This document shows, piece by piece, positions 1 to 10,137 of a stretch of 64,000 bases of DNA; position 1 is the first letter of the stretch, and every line of letters begins with the position of its first letter. This DNA is from an uncultured Phycisphaerales bacterium (lineage in GTDB: Bacteria > Planctomycetota > Phycisphaerae > Tepidisphaerales > Tepidisphaeraceae): contig CAVWLP010000002.1 in NCBI GenBank assembly GCA_963755915.1, positions 2,272,001-2,336,000 of the forward strand, read 5' to 3'. Both the position numbers and the translations under genes were made by a program. The notes beneath the pieces are model-generated. The model was not told the origin of the DNA. It did no database searches and saw only the letters and a list, made by a program, of their open reading frames with translations.

Positions 1-69
1 GCGCTGGCGGCGCGACAGCGGAAGTTTCAGGTGATCCTGATCAACCAGGGGGCGCATCGGGAAAAAGAT
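1..69 (+). repeat. Truncated diverged copy of the 5' coding region of the TrmH-family gene (matches 1663-1730)
   Basis: GCGCTGGCGGCGCGACAGCGGAAGTTTCAGGTGATCCTGATCAACCAGGGGGCGCATCGGGA vs 1663 GCGCTGGCGGCGCGGCAGCGGAAATTTCAGGTGATCCTGATCAACCAGGGGCGCATCGGGA; cut by window edge. Confidence 0.9.
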
Positions 70-191
70 CGCCGATTTACTGAAGGTTTGTTCATTACTG
101 GAAACCTACTAATCTGTTTGATATTAGTAGGTTATTGGTATATCATTTCCGCGTAGGATATAGTACCAATTGTTACAAAATTAGTAGATTT

Positions 192-1532
192 ATGAGAAAG
201 CCCGAAACACCACCGTCAACTGCCGAAATTCTCAAAAAGCCGCCGGGGGAACTGTTCGAAACGCTTCAAAGCAAAGACTTCAAAGAAGCGCTGGCAAAAA
301 GTGAGTCCGGATATCTTCATTGGGACAAATTGCGTTACATGATTCGCAATCCCAATTTTAGTCCAGCGGACGTATGGATTTTCTCCAACGTATTCAGGCA
401 GCCGCGCATGAAAACTTTACCTCTGTTTGGGCAGGGGAAAATGCCTCTTCGGTTTAACATGCCCGACCCGCTACAGCACGAGTTAATGTTGATAGACCAA
501 CAGCTTGCCGGGGGTCTTGTTTCAGACGAAGACGTTGTGCCTCCGGCCTCACAGAGAGAGCGATTCATAGTGAGTGCCCTGCAGGAAGAGGCGATAGCAT
601 CGAGCATGTTGGAAGGGGCTGTTACCACTCGCAAGGTAGCGAAGGAGATGCTGAACCTTGGGCGGAAGCCCCGTAACAGGGGAGAACGAATGGTCGCGAA
701 CAACTATCAGGCGATTCAATTTATCCGCGACAACAAGAAGGCTGACTTATCCCCACAATTTCTTTTGGAAGTTCAGAAAATCCTAACGGATGAGACGCTG
801 GACGATCCAAGTCAAGTGGGACGATTCCGGACAATCAACGACGACATTCGCATAATCGACGCAAGGGATAACGAAGTGATGCACATTCCGCCGCCGGCCC
901 CTGAACTGTCCCAGCGTTTAAAAGCCCTATGCGAATTCGCCAATTCGCCTCCACATGAAAAGCGATTCGTCCATCCGGTAATCGCAGCGTGTGTCCTTCA
1001 TTTTCAGATCGGGTTTGATCATCCATTTTGCGACGGAAATGGACGAACAGCGCGAGCGATTTTCTATTGGATGATGCTCCGTCACGGATATTGGCTATTT
1101 GAGTATTTGCCGATATCGCGGCTGATCTATCGCGCTCCCGTTAGATACGCCAGAGCGTTTCTCTATTGCGAAACAGACAATTTCGACGTCACCTATTTTC
1201 TCATGTATAAGGCCAAAATCATCGGATTGGCCCGGCGCGATTTGCGGGACTACATCATTGCCAAACAATGGGAGTTGTCTCAAGCGAGAAAAATATCCGC
1301 ATCAGATAGACGACTGAATCATCGACAGCAGGAAATCGTTCTGAATGCCGTCCGCAATCCTGATATTAATTTCACGATATCTGAACACCGCGGGAAATAT
1401 GGTTTGTCCTATGAGACGGCGAGAACCGATTTTTTGAGCTTAGTTAAATGGGGATATCTGAAGAAACTCACGATTGGAAAAAGGTACGAATTTATGACGG
1501 GACCCCGGGTGGAGAAAAAAGCCAAGCAGTAG
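192..1532 (+). CDS. Fic family protein with C-terminal winged helix
   Basis: Fic motif HPFCDGNGRTAR; EEAIASSMLEG N-terminal motif; C-terminal SYETARTDFLSLVKWGYL; lower GC than flanks. Confidence 0.92.
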   Translation: MRKPETPPSTAEILKKPPGELFETLQSKDFKEALAKSESGYLHWDKLRYMIRNPNFSPADVWIFSNVFRQPRMKTLPLFGQGKMPLRFNMPDPLQHELMLIDQQLAGGLVSDEDVVPPASQRERFIVSALQEEAIASSMLEGAVTTRKVAKEMLNLGRKPRNRGERMVANNYQAIQFIRDNKKADLSPQFLLEVQKILTDETLDDPSQVGRFRTINDDIRIIDARDNEVMHIPPPAPELSQRLKALCEFANSPPHEKRFVHPVIAACVLHFQIGFDHPFCDGNGRTARAIFYWMMLRHGYWLFEYLPISRLIYRAPVRYARAFLYCETDNFDVTYFLMYKAKIIGLARRDLRDYIIAKQWELSQARKISASDRRLNHRQQEIVLNAVRNPDINFTISEHRGKYGLSYETARTDFLSLVKWGYLKKLTIGKRYEFMTGPRVEKKAKQ

Positions 1533-1626
1533 GCGGCAATTAGAAATCGCATTGTGGATCAGCGGGCGGCTCTTCCAGTTGAGCGATGTATGGTTCGCTT
1601 GACGGGAGAAGCTAAAGTTTAAACCC

Positions 1627-2363
1627 ATGGAGCACCTGGAAGGGCGACAATCGGTTCTGGCGGCGCTGGCGGCGCGGCAGCGGAAATTTCAGGTGATCCT
1701 GATCAACCAGGGGCGCATCGGGAGAAGATTCAGGATGTGCTCGAGGCGGCGGAGGCGCTGGGGGTGCCGGTGAAGCGCGTGGCCGGCGATGAGCTGGATG
1801 CGATGGCGCATGGGGCGACGCATGGGGGGATTCTGGCGGTATGCTCGCCTAAGCCGCGGACGACGGAGAGCGAGCTGTTGGAGATCATCGAGCGGGCGGT
1901 CCAGCCGCCGATGCTTTTGCTGATTGAGGGGGCGGATGATGCGCGGAATCTGGGGTTTACTCTGCGCACGGCGGATGCGCTGGGGGCGGCGGCCGTTCTG
2001 ATCAAAAAACATGTTTGGGATTTTGATGCGGTGGAAGTCGCGAGGCCGGCGTCAGGGGCGTATGAGCGGCTGCCGCTGGTTCGGATCGACAATACTGAAC
2101 TGCTGGAAAAGCTTCAGTCTCGCGGTATGCGTTTGTTTGGGTGTATCGCGGGGGCGAAGCGGACGATTTTTCAGGCGGATTTAACAGGCGGAATCGTGCT
2201 GGCGATTGGGGGCGAAAAACGCGGGCTTTCGGGCGCGGTGCGGGGGATTTGCGACCGGCTCGTGTCGATTCCTACGCTGGAGGGGGCGTCTTTGCCGCTG
2301 TCCCATGCGGCGGCGATTGTTCTGGCGGAAGCGGCACGGCAGAGGAGAGGAGCCGACGAGTGA
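1627..2363 (+). CDS. TrmH/SpoU family RNA 2'-O-methyltransferase (RlmB-like), one-base frameshift near 1711
   Basis: MEHLEGRQSVLAAL start; DDARNLGFTLRTADALG, GGEKRGLS, SLPLSHAAAIVL SPOUT motifs; the copy at 1-69 has the extra G that restores the frame. Confidence 0.88.
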
Positions 2364-2382
2364 ACTGGTACAATTGGCCTTC

Positions 2383-2949
2383 GTGAAGCATCCCCGTCGA
2401 TGGCGGCTCTATTCGCTGGCGGCCTTGTCGCTTTTTCTCGCGATGGCGACTGTGGTCTGCTGGGTCTTGAGCTATGCGATCTCAACTCAGGTTGGCTGTC
2501 ATCGACTCATAGATCCATTTCATCATCCCCCAGAGAAGCAGGAAGCCGAGTTTTACGACTTGGATTCAACTCAGGGAGTTTTGGGATTTGGATACACCGA
2601 TGAGAAGGGGGAAATGATTCCCGTGAGTGGGTGGAAATTCGATATTTCTCATGATGCGACCGGGGGGGGTTACTACGACCCTGCGCGGACGGTGCTCACG
2701 CGGCTCGGCTTTCACGCCTGGAGTCAAAGTTGGAATGGCGGTCGATTCGACACCCGTGTGGTGGCCGTCCATTATTGGTTTCTACTCGTTTTGTTCGTGA
2801 TCGTTTTCGGGGTCGTGGTCAAGAAGATTCGATCTCTCGATCCCATTGCGGGCTTTTGCGCTGACTGCGGATACGATCTTCGAGCCACACCGGGGCGTTG
2901 TCCTGAATGTGGAACCATTGCCAAAATAAATGAAATGAAACGGGTCTGA
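2383..2949 (+). CDS. Membrane protein with C-terminal zinc ribbon
   Basis: Two hydrophobic segments and CADCGYDLRATPGRCPECG; start uncertain. Confidence 0.7.
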   Translation: MKHPRRWRLYSLAALSLFLAMATVVCWVLSYAISTQVGCHRLIDPFHHPPEKQEAEFYDLDSTQGVLGFGYTDEKGEMIPVSGWKFDISHDATGGGYYDPARTVLTRLGFHAWSQSWNGGRFDTRVVAVHYWFLLVLFVIVFGVVVKKIRSLDPIAGFCADCGYDLRATPGRCPECGTIAKINEMKRV

Positions 2950-2984
2950 CTGACGAGAGGCGATTTTTTCGTCAGTTCCAGAAA

Positions 2985-3025
2985 ACCCCCTCCCCAGCCC
3001 TCCCCCGGGGTACCGGGGGCGGGGG
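2985..3025. repeat. REP-like GC-rich palindrome
   Basis: CCCCCTCCCCAGCCCTCCCCCGGGGTACCGGGGGCGGGGG, intergenic. Confidence 0.55.
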
Positions 3026-3118
3026 AATTACATGGTTGGCCATCTCAAGTAAATGGGTGACTTCCATGGGGTCGGGCGGGTACAATTATGAGGCTAAAGT
3101 ACACGGAGAAAACAAACT

Positions 3119-3391
3119 ATGGCAAAGGCACATGTAGACCCCGCGGAATTGCGTCGTTTTGCTCAGGATCTGAAGCGGTTTAACGATGAACTGGCGGGGC
3201 TCATGAGTTCCGTTAATGCCAAGCTTCATGCCTTGGAAGCCTCCTGGCGCGACCAGGAGCAGCGGAAGTTCGTCGAGGCGTTCGATCAGACGTTCAAGGC
3301 GATCGGGGTTTTCCTGGAAAATTCTTACGAGCATGTGAAGTTTCTGTCCAAGAAAGCCGGCGCCGTTGAGGAATATCTCAAGCAGCGCTAG
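3119..3391 (+). CDS. WXG100/ESAT-6 family type VII secretion target
   Basis: 90 aa helical hairpin, VDPAELRRFA N-terminus, central W-R-D, C-terminal EEYL; GGAG RBS. Confidence 0.85.
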   Translation: MAKAHVDPAELRRFAQDLKRFNDELAGLMSSVNAKLHALEASWRDQEQRKFVEAFDQTFKAIGVFLENSYEHVKFLSKKAGAVEEYLKQR

Positions 3392-3410
3392 CAGGATAGC
3401 GGAGTAGTGA

Positions 3411-4442
3411 ATGTCGACATCGGCACGCGTAAGTGATATCGACCCGATCCGGGACTTTCGGGTTTACCTGACGAAGTTCCAGGAGATGGCGGGGCGCGCG
3501 CTGGGGGATGCGGATTCGGAGATTCATTCGCTCACGCGCTCACTGGAAGGGGAGTGGATAACGTACTGGAGTTCGCAAGTTCGCAGCAGGCAGGAAAAGT
3601 TGGCCAAGGCGGAGGAGGCGTTTCGCTTCAAGCGGCTTTATAAGGACGCCAGCGGTTCGACTCCTTCGGCGGTGGAAGAGCAGAAGCAAGTGCAGATCTG
3701 CAAAAAACGGCTTGAAGAGGCGCAGACGAAAGTTGCCAATATCAAGCGGGCGACCAAGGGTCTGTTGAAAGCGACGACGGAATATCGGGGCGGGGTGGGG
3801 CGGTTCAACACCTCGGTGATGTCGGGCGTGCCGGCGGCGATCGCGCATCTCGGCGTGCTCCTGCAGCAGCTTGAGACGTACATGGGGATTCAAGCGGAAA
3901 CCGTCGGCGAAGAGGCGCTGGCCGCGGCCGGAGTGGGGAGCGGCGCGGAAACGGGCGGAGCGTCGATGGCCCGCGCGTCGGATCAGGCGCCCAAGGCTTG
4001 GGAAGAAAATGTCGATCCGGCCGAGCTGCGCGGGGCGGTGCCATCCGAGCAGGCGCTCTTTGCGGCCAAGCCTGCCGCGGCGGGTGAATTGCACCTGAGC
4101 TGCGCGGGGGTCACCGGAAAACAGGCGGAGTCCATCGCGAAGATTGCCACGGGCAATGCCGCGATCAATGACGAACGGATCGTGATTTCGCCCGGAATTG
4201 GAAGCTCATCGACGGTTTTTCTGGTTCGGCTCGGTACGACCGGAATTTCCTGGTATTTGGGCCCGGTCGATGGGCTAGATACGGGCGTGTACAATACGGT
4301 GTCGGTCGGCGATCTGCGGAGCCTCCGGCCTGACTTTGAGCCGCTGCTCAAGATGCCCGCGGGATCGCTGGCCGTGGTCGGTCCGAACGGCGCGTCGGCG
4401 ATTTATAACGCCCAGAACGCGAACCTATTAGCAGAGGGATAA
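3411..4442 (+). CDS. WXG100-like helical N-terminus plus C-terminal alpha/beta domain
   Basis: Coiled/helical first ~160 aa with central W; operonic between two WXG100-like genes. Confidence 0.65.
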   Translation: MSTSARVSDIDPIRDFRVYLTKFQEMAGRALGDADSEIHSLTRSLEGEWITYWSSQVRSRQEKLAKAEEAFRFKRLYKDASGSTPSAVEEQKQVQICKKRLEEAQTKVANIKRATKGLLKATTEYRGGVGRFNTSVMSGVPAAIAHLGVLLQQLETYMGIQAETVGEEALAAAGVGSGAETGGASMARASDQAPKAWEENVDPAELRGAVPSEQALFAAKPAAAGELHLSCAGVTGKQAESIAKIATGNAAINDERIVISPGIGSSSTVFLVRLGTTGISWYLGPVDGLDTGVYNTVSVGDLRSLRPDFEPLLKMPAGSLAVVGPNGASAIYNAQNANLLAEG

Positions 4443-4445
4443 GTC

Positions 4446-4664
4446 ATGGGAATGGTTGAAGGCCGTGCGACGCTGCGCAAATCGATGAAAGAGATGATGA
4501 TGCACTGGAGCGAGACCAAGTCGCATTGGAATGACGGGAACGCGCACGCGTTTGAGAGCAAGTATCTTACGCCGCTGGAAGCGGACGCAAAGCAGGCGAT
4601 CAATGCCATGGATCAGATGTCGCAAATCCTGCAAAGGATCAGGCAGGAATGTTCGCCGGACTAG
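4446..4664 (+). CDS. Small WXG100-like protein
   Basis: 72 aa, HWNDGNAHAFESKYL (W-x-D turn), operonic. Confidence 0.7.
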   Translation: MGMVEGRATLRKSMKEMMMHWSETKSHWNDGNAHAFESKYLTPLEADAKQAINAMDQMSQILQRIRQECSPD

Positions 4665-4679
4665 AAAGGTGTTTTCGCG

Positions 4680-4874
4680 ATGTTCCCACATTTCGACGAT
4701 AATGATCGGCTGATTTTTCTCCGAGACGTCGCGGCATTTGAACCGCAAATCGGGAAGGCATCCGTGTCTCAGGACAAAGCTTTTGACCCGTTGGAGGCGG
4801 AGCAGACGATTAAACTTCTGAAACAGGTGTCGCAAATCCTGCAGGGGATCAGGGAGAAATCTGCGCAGGATTAG
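4680..4874 (+). CDS. 64 aa chimeric ORF produced by tandem duplication of the gene junction
   Basis: N-terminus resembles the FtsK gene start, C-terminus resembles the end of 4446-4664; own AAAGGTG RBS. Confidence 0.55.
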   Translation: MFPHFDDNDRLIFLRDVAAFEPQIGKASVSQDKAFDPLEAEQTIKLLKQVSQILQGIREKSAQD

Positions 4875-4893
4875 TTAGAAAGGTGTTTTGTTG

Positions 4894-7800
4894 ATGGACC
4901 CGATTTTCGACGATAACGATCCGCTGAGTTTTCTGGGAAAAGACGATGCGCCGGAGCCGGAAGCAGCTCCGCCTCCGCCGGTTGCGGCGGAAGGGGAGGG
5001 GGAGGGGGAAGAGGCGTCCAACGAGCCGCAGACGCATCGCGATCTTCAGCGCGGGGCATTGCAGGAGCTCGTCGATCTTGTCGCGGAATGCTCGGCACAC
5101 GAAGCGCAGGTGGAGCAGGAGCTTAGTTCCTCGCTGTCCGAAACGCAGGGGTCCGGACAACGCAAGCTCACGGATACGGAGCGGAAATACAAAGCGGTCC
5201 AGGAGCAGATCGCGAGCAAGTTTGAGGAGAAGCGGACGGAAATCGAGGGGCGTTACGAGCAGGCGGCCGCGAAGCTGAAATCGCACGATCAGAACCAGCG
5301 GCACCGCATCAAGACGGAATTCGACCTTGCCCAGCAGCAGATCAAGAAGGATTACGACCAGGCGATCTGGCTGGCCGAGAGCGTCATGGAAGCCGAGGAG
5401 GGGAAGGCTTCGGAGGAGCTGAAGAAGGCGACCGAGCTGAACACGACACAGACGGAATATTTGAACGAAAAAGAGGGGCAGGCCGAGGCGCTGATGCAGC
5501 GCTACAACGCCAAGCCACCGCCGGGGGAATCGATCGCGGTATTGAAGGAAGCGGAGTCGAAGACCGATCCGGCGACGTCGTTCAACGAGCACAAAGCGGT
5601 GATGGAGAAGCAGGTGGGGGAGTTGGCGGCGCTTTCGGTGCCGCGCTTATTCATCGGGGTGACGCCCTATCTCATCGGCGCGGTGGTGCTGGTGATCGCG
5701 GCGGGGATTCCGCTGTTCATGTCGCAACTCCGGCCGACGATCGCCCTTGCCTACTGGGTGGGTGGGGCGTAGTGGGGCTCATCGTGTTTTTGGTGGCGCT
5801 GAAATCGATGGCCAAGAAGCAGATCGCAGCGGCTTACCTGCCGCTGCGGCGGGCGATGGATGCCGGGCGAATCGCCAACGACAATCTGATCAGCCAGGCG
5901 ACGATGGAGCACGACACCAACCTTGCCCAGGCCCGCAAGCGGAACAAGGGGGAGCTCCAGGCCGCCCGCGATCGCGCCGCGCCGATTCTTGATAAGGCCA
6001 CGAAGAAGCGCGACGCCGGCGCCCAGGCATTGCAGGCTGAATTAAAGCTGAAATCGGGGCAGAACGAGCTTCAGCGCAAGAGCGCGCTGGCCGAGCTGGA
6101 AGCGTGGCGGACGCGGAAGCTGGAAGAGGTTAAGACGCAGTTTGACGCCGAGACGGTGCGGCTTGGCGAGCGCTCCACCGCGCAGGAAGCGGAGGTCCGC
6201 CAGCGGCACGCCGCCCAGCGCGCGGTGCTGGAAAAACGCTGGACCGAGGGACTGCACACGATCCAGGAGCCGATCCGCGAAGGGGGCAGCCTCTATCCCG
6301 CCTGGAACGACCCGATCTGGGACAACTGGAAAAGCCCCAAAACATTCCCCGCGACGATTCAGTTTGGAAATCTCCAGGTAGACCTCAAGACGATGGTCGC
6401 CGAGGCCACCAGGGGCGGGCCGTTGACGTTGCCGCTGCCCGATAGCTTCGCCGTCCCGGCGCTGATCGCCTATCCCAAGCAGGCGTCGATCATGATCCAC
6501 ACCGACCGCCAGGGCCGGATGGATTCGATCCGCGCGATGCAGACGATCATGACCCGCCTGCTGACGACGATTCCGCCCGGGCGCGTGCGTTTCACGATGA
6601 TCGATCCGGTCGGTTTGGGGCAGAATTTTGCCGGTTTCATGCACCTGGCGGAATTTCGACGAAGCCCTGGTGGGCGGGCGCATCTGGACGGATGCCGACC
6701 AGATCGACCAGCGGCTGGCCAACCTAACCGAGCACATGGAGACGGTCATCCAGAAATATCTGCGCAATGAATTCGCGACGATCGACGATTACAACGCCCA
6801 GGCCGGCGAATTGGCCGAGCCCTATCGCTACCTGGTGATCTCGGATTTTCCGGTGAATTTCAGCGACGAAGCGATGCGCCGGCTCAGCAGCATCGCCACC
6901 ACCGGGGCGCGATGCGGCGTGTACACGCTGGTGATGCGCGACACGCGCGTGAGCACCGCCGGCGGATCAATGCACGTCGACGATCTCGAAGCGCACAGCG
7001 TCAACCTCGTCCGCGAGGGCGAACGCTTCGTCTGGCGCGATCCGGTCTTCAACAAGTTCCCCCTGACGCTCGACACCCCGCCCACCGACGAAGAGCTGAC
7101 CAAAATCCTCCATCACGTCGGCAAAGGTGCTCGCGAGGCCAAGCGCGTGGAAGTGGCGTTCGATCTTATCGCCCCCAAGCCCTCGCAGTTCTGGACGCTC
7201 AAGAGCGACGGCGACGTCGGCGTCGCAATCGGCCGCTCCGGCGCCACCCGCGTGCAGACCTTTCGCCTCGGCAGGGGCGTCGCGCAGCACGCGCTGGTCG
7301 CCGGCAAGACCGGTTCGGGTAAATCGACGCTGCTGCACGCGCTGATCAGCAATCTGGCGATGTGGTATTCGCCGGATGAGATTGAGCTTTATCTCATCGA
7401 CTTCAAGAAGGGCGTTGAATTCAAGACCTACGCGATGCACCATCTTCCGCATGCGCGGGCGATCGCCGTCGAAAGCGACCGCGAATTCGGCCTGAGCGTG
7501 CTGCAGCGCATCGACGAGGAGATGACCCGCCGTGCCGAGCTTTTCCGCCCCTTCAAGGCGCAGAACCTTCAGATGTATCGCGAGGCCTCGGGCCAGAAGA
7601 TGCCGCGGACGCTGCTGATCATCGACGAATTCCAGGAATTTTTCACCGAAGACGACAAGCTGGCGCCAGGACGCGAGCCTGCTGCTGGAACGCATCGTCC
7701 GCCAGGGCCGTGCGTTCGGCGTCCACCTGCTGCTGGGTTCGCAGACCATCGGTGGATCGTCCGGCCTTTCCCGCGCCACCATCGGCCAGATCGGCGTGCG

Positions 7801-9039
7801 CATCGCGCTGCAAACGAGCGAAGCCGATTCGCAGATGATTCTTGGCGACGGCAACTCCGCCGCGCGCTTGCTCTCCCGCCCCGGCGAAGCGATCTACAAC
7901 GATGCCGGCGGACTCGTCGAGGGCAACAGCCCCTTCCAGGTCGCCTGGCTTCCCGATGAGCAGCGCGATCAATATCTCGACCTGGTCAGCAAAAAAGCCC
8001 GCGACAATTCGCTGGACAACGGCGGCCAGATCGTCTTTGAAGGCAATGAACCCGCCGACTTCAAGCAAAACCAGGCTCTCATCGAGCAGATGACCGCGCC
8101 GAAATACGTCGCGACGAATTCGCCGCCCCGCTGATCTGGCTGGGCGACCCCGTCGCCATCAAGGCGCCGACGTCAATTGTTTTCCGGCGACAGAGCGGCG
8201 GCAACGTCATCATCATCGGCCAGGCTGAGGAGAGCGCGCTGGCGATCTCGGCCCTTTCCATGGTCGATCTCGCCGCCCAGCTCGCCCCCAACATCGCCAG
8301 CTTCTATCTGCTCGATGGAACTCCGGCCGATGGCCAGAACTTTGGCTACCTGCCCAGCGTGGCCGCGGCGTTGCCGCATCGCACCAAAATCGTCGATTAC
8401 CGCGCCGTCCCGCAGGCCATGCACGAAATCGCCAAAGAGCTGGAGCGCCGCCAGGCGACTGAAGCCCAGAATCCCCCGCCGATTTTCGTCTTCGTCTTCG
8501 GCCTTCAGCGTTATCGCACGCTGCGAAAATCGGAAGACAGCTTCAGCTTTGGCTCGGGCGACGCCGGGAAAGCCGCCGATCCCGGCAAGGAATTTGCCGA
8601 CATTTTGCGCGAAGGCCCGCCCAACGGGATCCACGTCATCACCTGGATCGACACGGCGACCGCGCTCGACCGCTCGATCGACCGCGGCTCGATGCGCGAG
8701 CTCGATCACCGCGTCCTCTTCCAGATGAGCGCCACCGACAGCAGCAACATCATCGACTCCCCCGCGGCCAACAAGCTCGGCGCCAACCGCGCCCTCTCCT
8801 ACAGCGAAGAGCAGGGCTCGATGGAAAAGTTCCGCCCCTACGCGGTGCCGGATGCGAAATGGCTCGCCGACGTGAAGGAAAAGCTCGCCGCCAAGCTGGC
8901 CGCCAGCGGCATCAAGCCGGGCGAATTTCCGCCCGATCCGGCGGTCGCGCTGGCCGGTGAAGAGGCCCAGGAGCCGGATGATTCCGCCGACAATGCAGAA
9001 CCCGGCGAAGACGACGCTGACGACAAGGACGCCGCGTAA
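4894..9039 (+). CDS. FtsK/SpoIIIE-domain EssC/EccC-like ATPase (split by ~4 probable sequencing frameshifts)
   Basis: Coiled coil, two TM helices, then tandem ATPase-like domains: FTMIDPVGLG, HALVAGKTGSGKS, LIDFKKGVEF, LIIDEFQE, REGPPNGIHVI. Confidence 0.88.
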
Positions 9040-9047
9040 AGGTTGCG

Positions 9048-9870
9048 TTAACCGCAGACCCCGAATTTCAGAAGCGCCGCGTGAACCCCGTGGTCGTTGT
9101 TCGACGGCGCGATCCAGTCGGCCGCCTCCTTCACGATCTCGCTGGCGTTGTCCATTGCCACGCCGATCCCCGATGACCGCAAAATTCCCACGTCGTTGGG
9201 CGCATCTCCGATGGCCATGACGCTGGTCATCGGCACGCCGTAATGCTCGGCCACCAGCGCCAGCGCCGCCGCCTTGCTTACCGAGCGGTCCATGATCTGC
9301 AGCAGCTCCGGATCGGTCCGGACGATCGTCACGTTCTGCCCCGCCGGCAAAAGCGCCGCTTCAAGCCCGTCGATCATTCCCTTATCCCCCAGCAGCAGCA
9401 GCTTGGTGATCGGCTGATTGCAGATTTCATCCAGCCCGGTGATCACGTCCGGCCGGAACATCCGCCCGGTCTCGGTGGTGTAGGTCTGGTCGAATTTGTC
9501 GGTAAACCAGCGGTCCAGAATCTCGCATGAAACCAGCACCTCGGGCGACTTCCGGCGGGCGTCGGCAATCAGCCCGCGACACGACTTCGCCGGCAATGGG
9601 CAGATGAAACACCACGTGCTTCTGCGGCTCGTCCCAGATCAGGGCCCCGTTGTAATTGATCTGCCAGGTGTCGAGCCGAAGCTGGTTGTAAATATGCCGC
9701 ACGCTGCGCGGCGGCCGCGCCGAGGCGATGACGATTTTCACGCCTCGCTCGACGGCACACGTCAGCCCATCCATCGTCGGCCGGCTCACCTGCTTCGAGT
9801 CGTTCAGCAGCGTGCCGTCCAGATCGATCGCCACCAGTCGAATATCGTGTTGCTGCTGCTCGCGCACCAT
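9048..9870 (-). CDS. Cof-type HAD-IIB hydrolase (frameshift ~9590)
   Basis: IRLVAIDLDGTLLN, VSKAAAL, AIGDAPNDVGIL, NNDHGV. Confidence 0.9.
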
Positions 9871-9968
9871 CGGCGGTATCCTGCGGCGGGAGACGGTCTG
9901 GCGGTTCATTCAACATATTCTACCCGTGCGCATATCCCCGGTCATCTGGGCGGTTAATCCCCGCGCGC

Positions 9969-10021
9969 CTTCCCCTCTTTCCCCCTCTCTCGATACCCCG
10001 GGAGAGGGCCGGGGTGAGGGC
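9969..10021. repeat. REP-like element
   Basis: CCCTCTCTCG..CCCCGGGAGAGGGCCGGGGTGAGGG, a widespread intergenic palindrome type. Confidence 0.6.
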
Positions 10022-10137
10022 CTGAACAAAATCTGATAATCACGACCAACTGCCGCTTCAACTCCACTGCGTCCCCTCATTGGCATCGCCCCCGCCTCGA
10101 TTGTAACCTACTATCTCTCACACAACGGAGCACCAAA

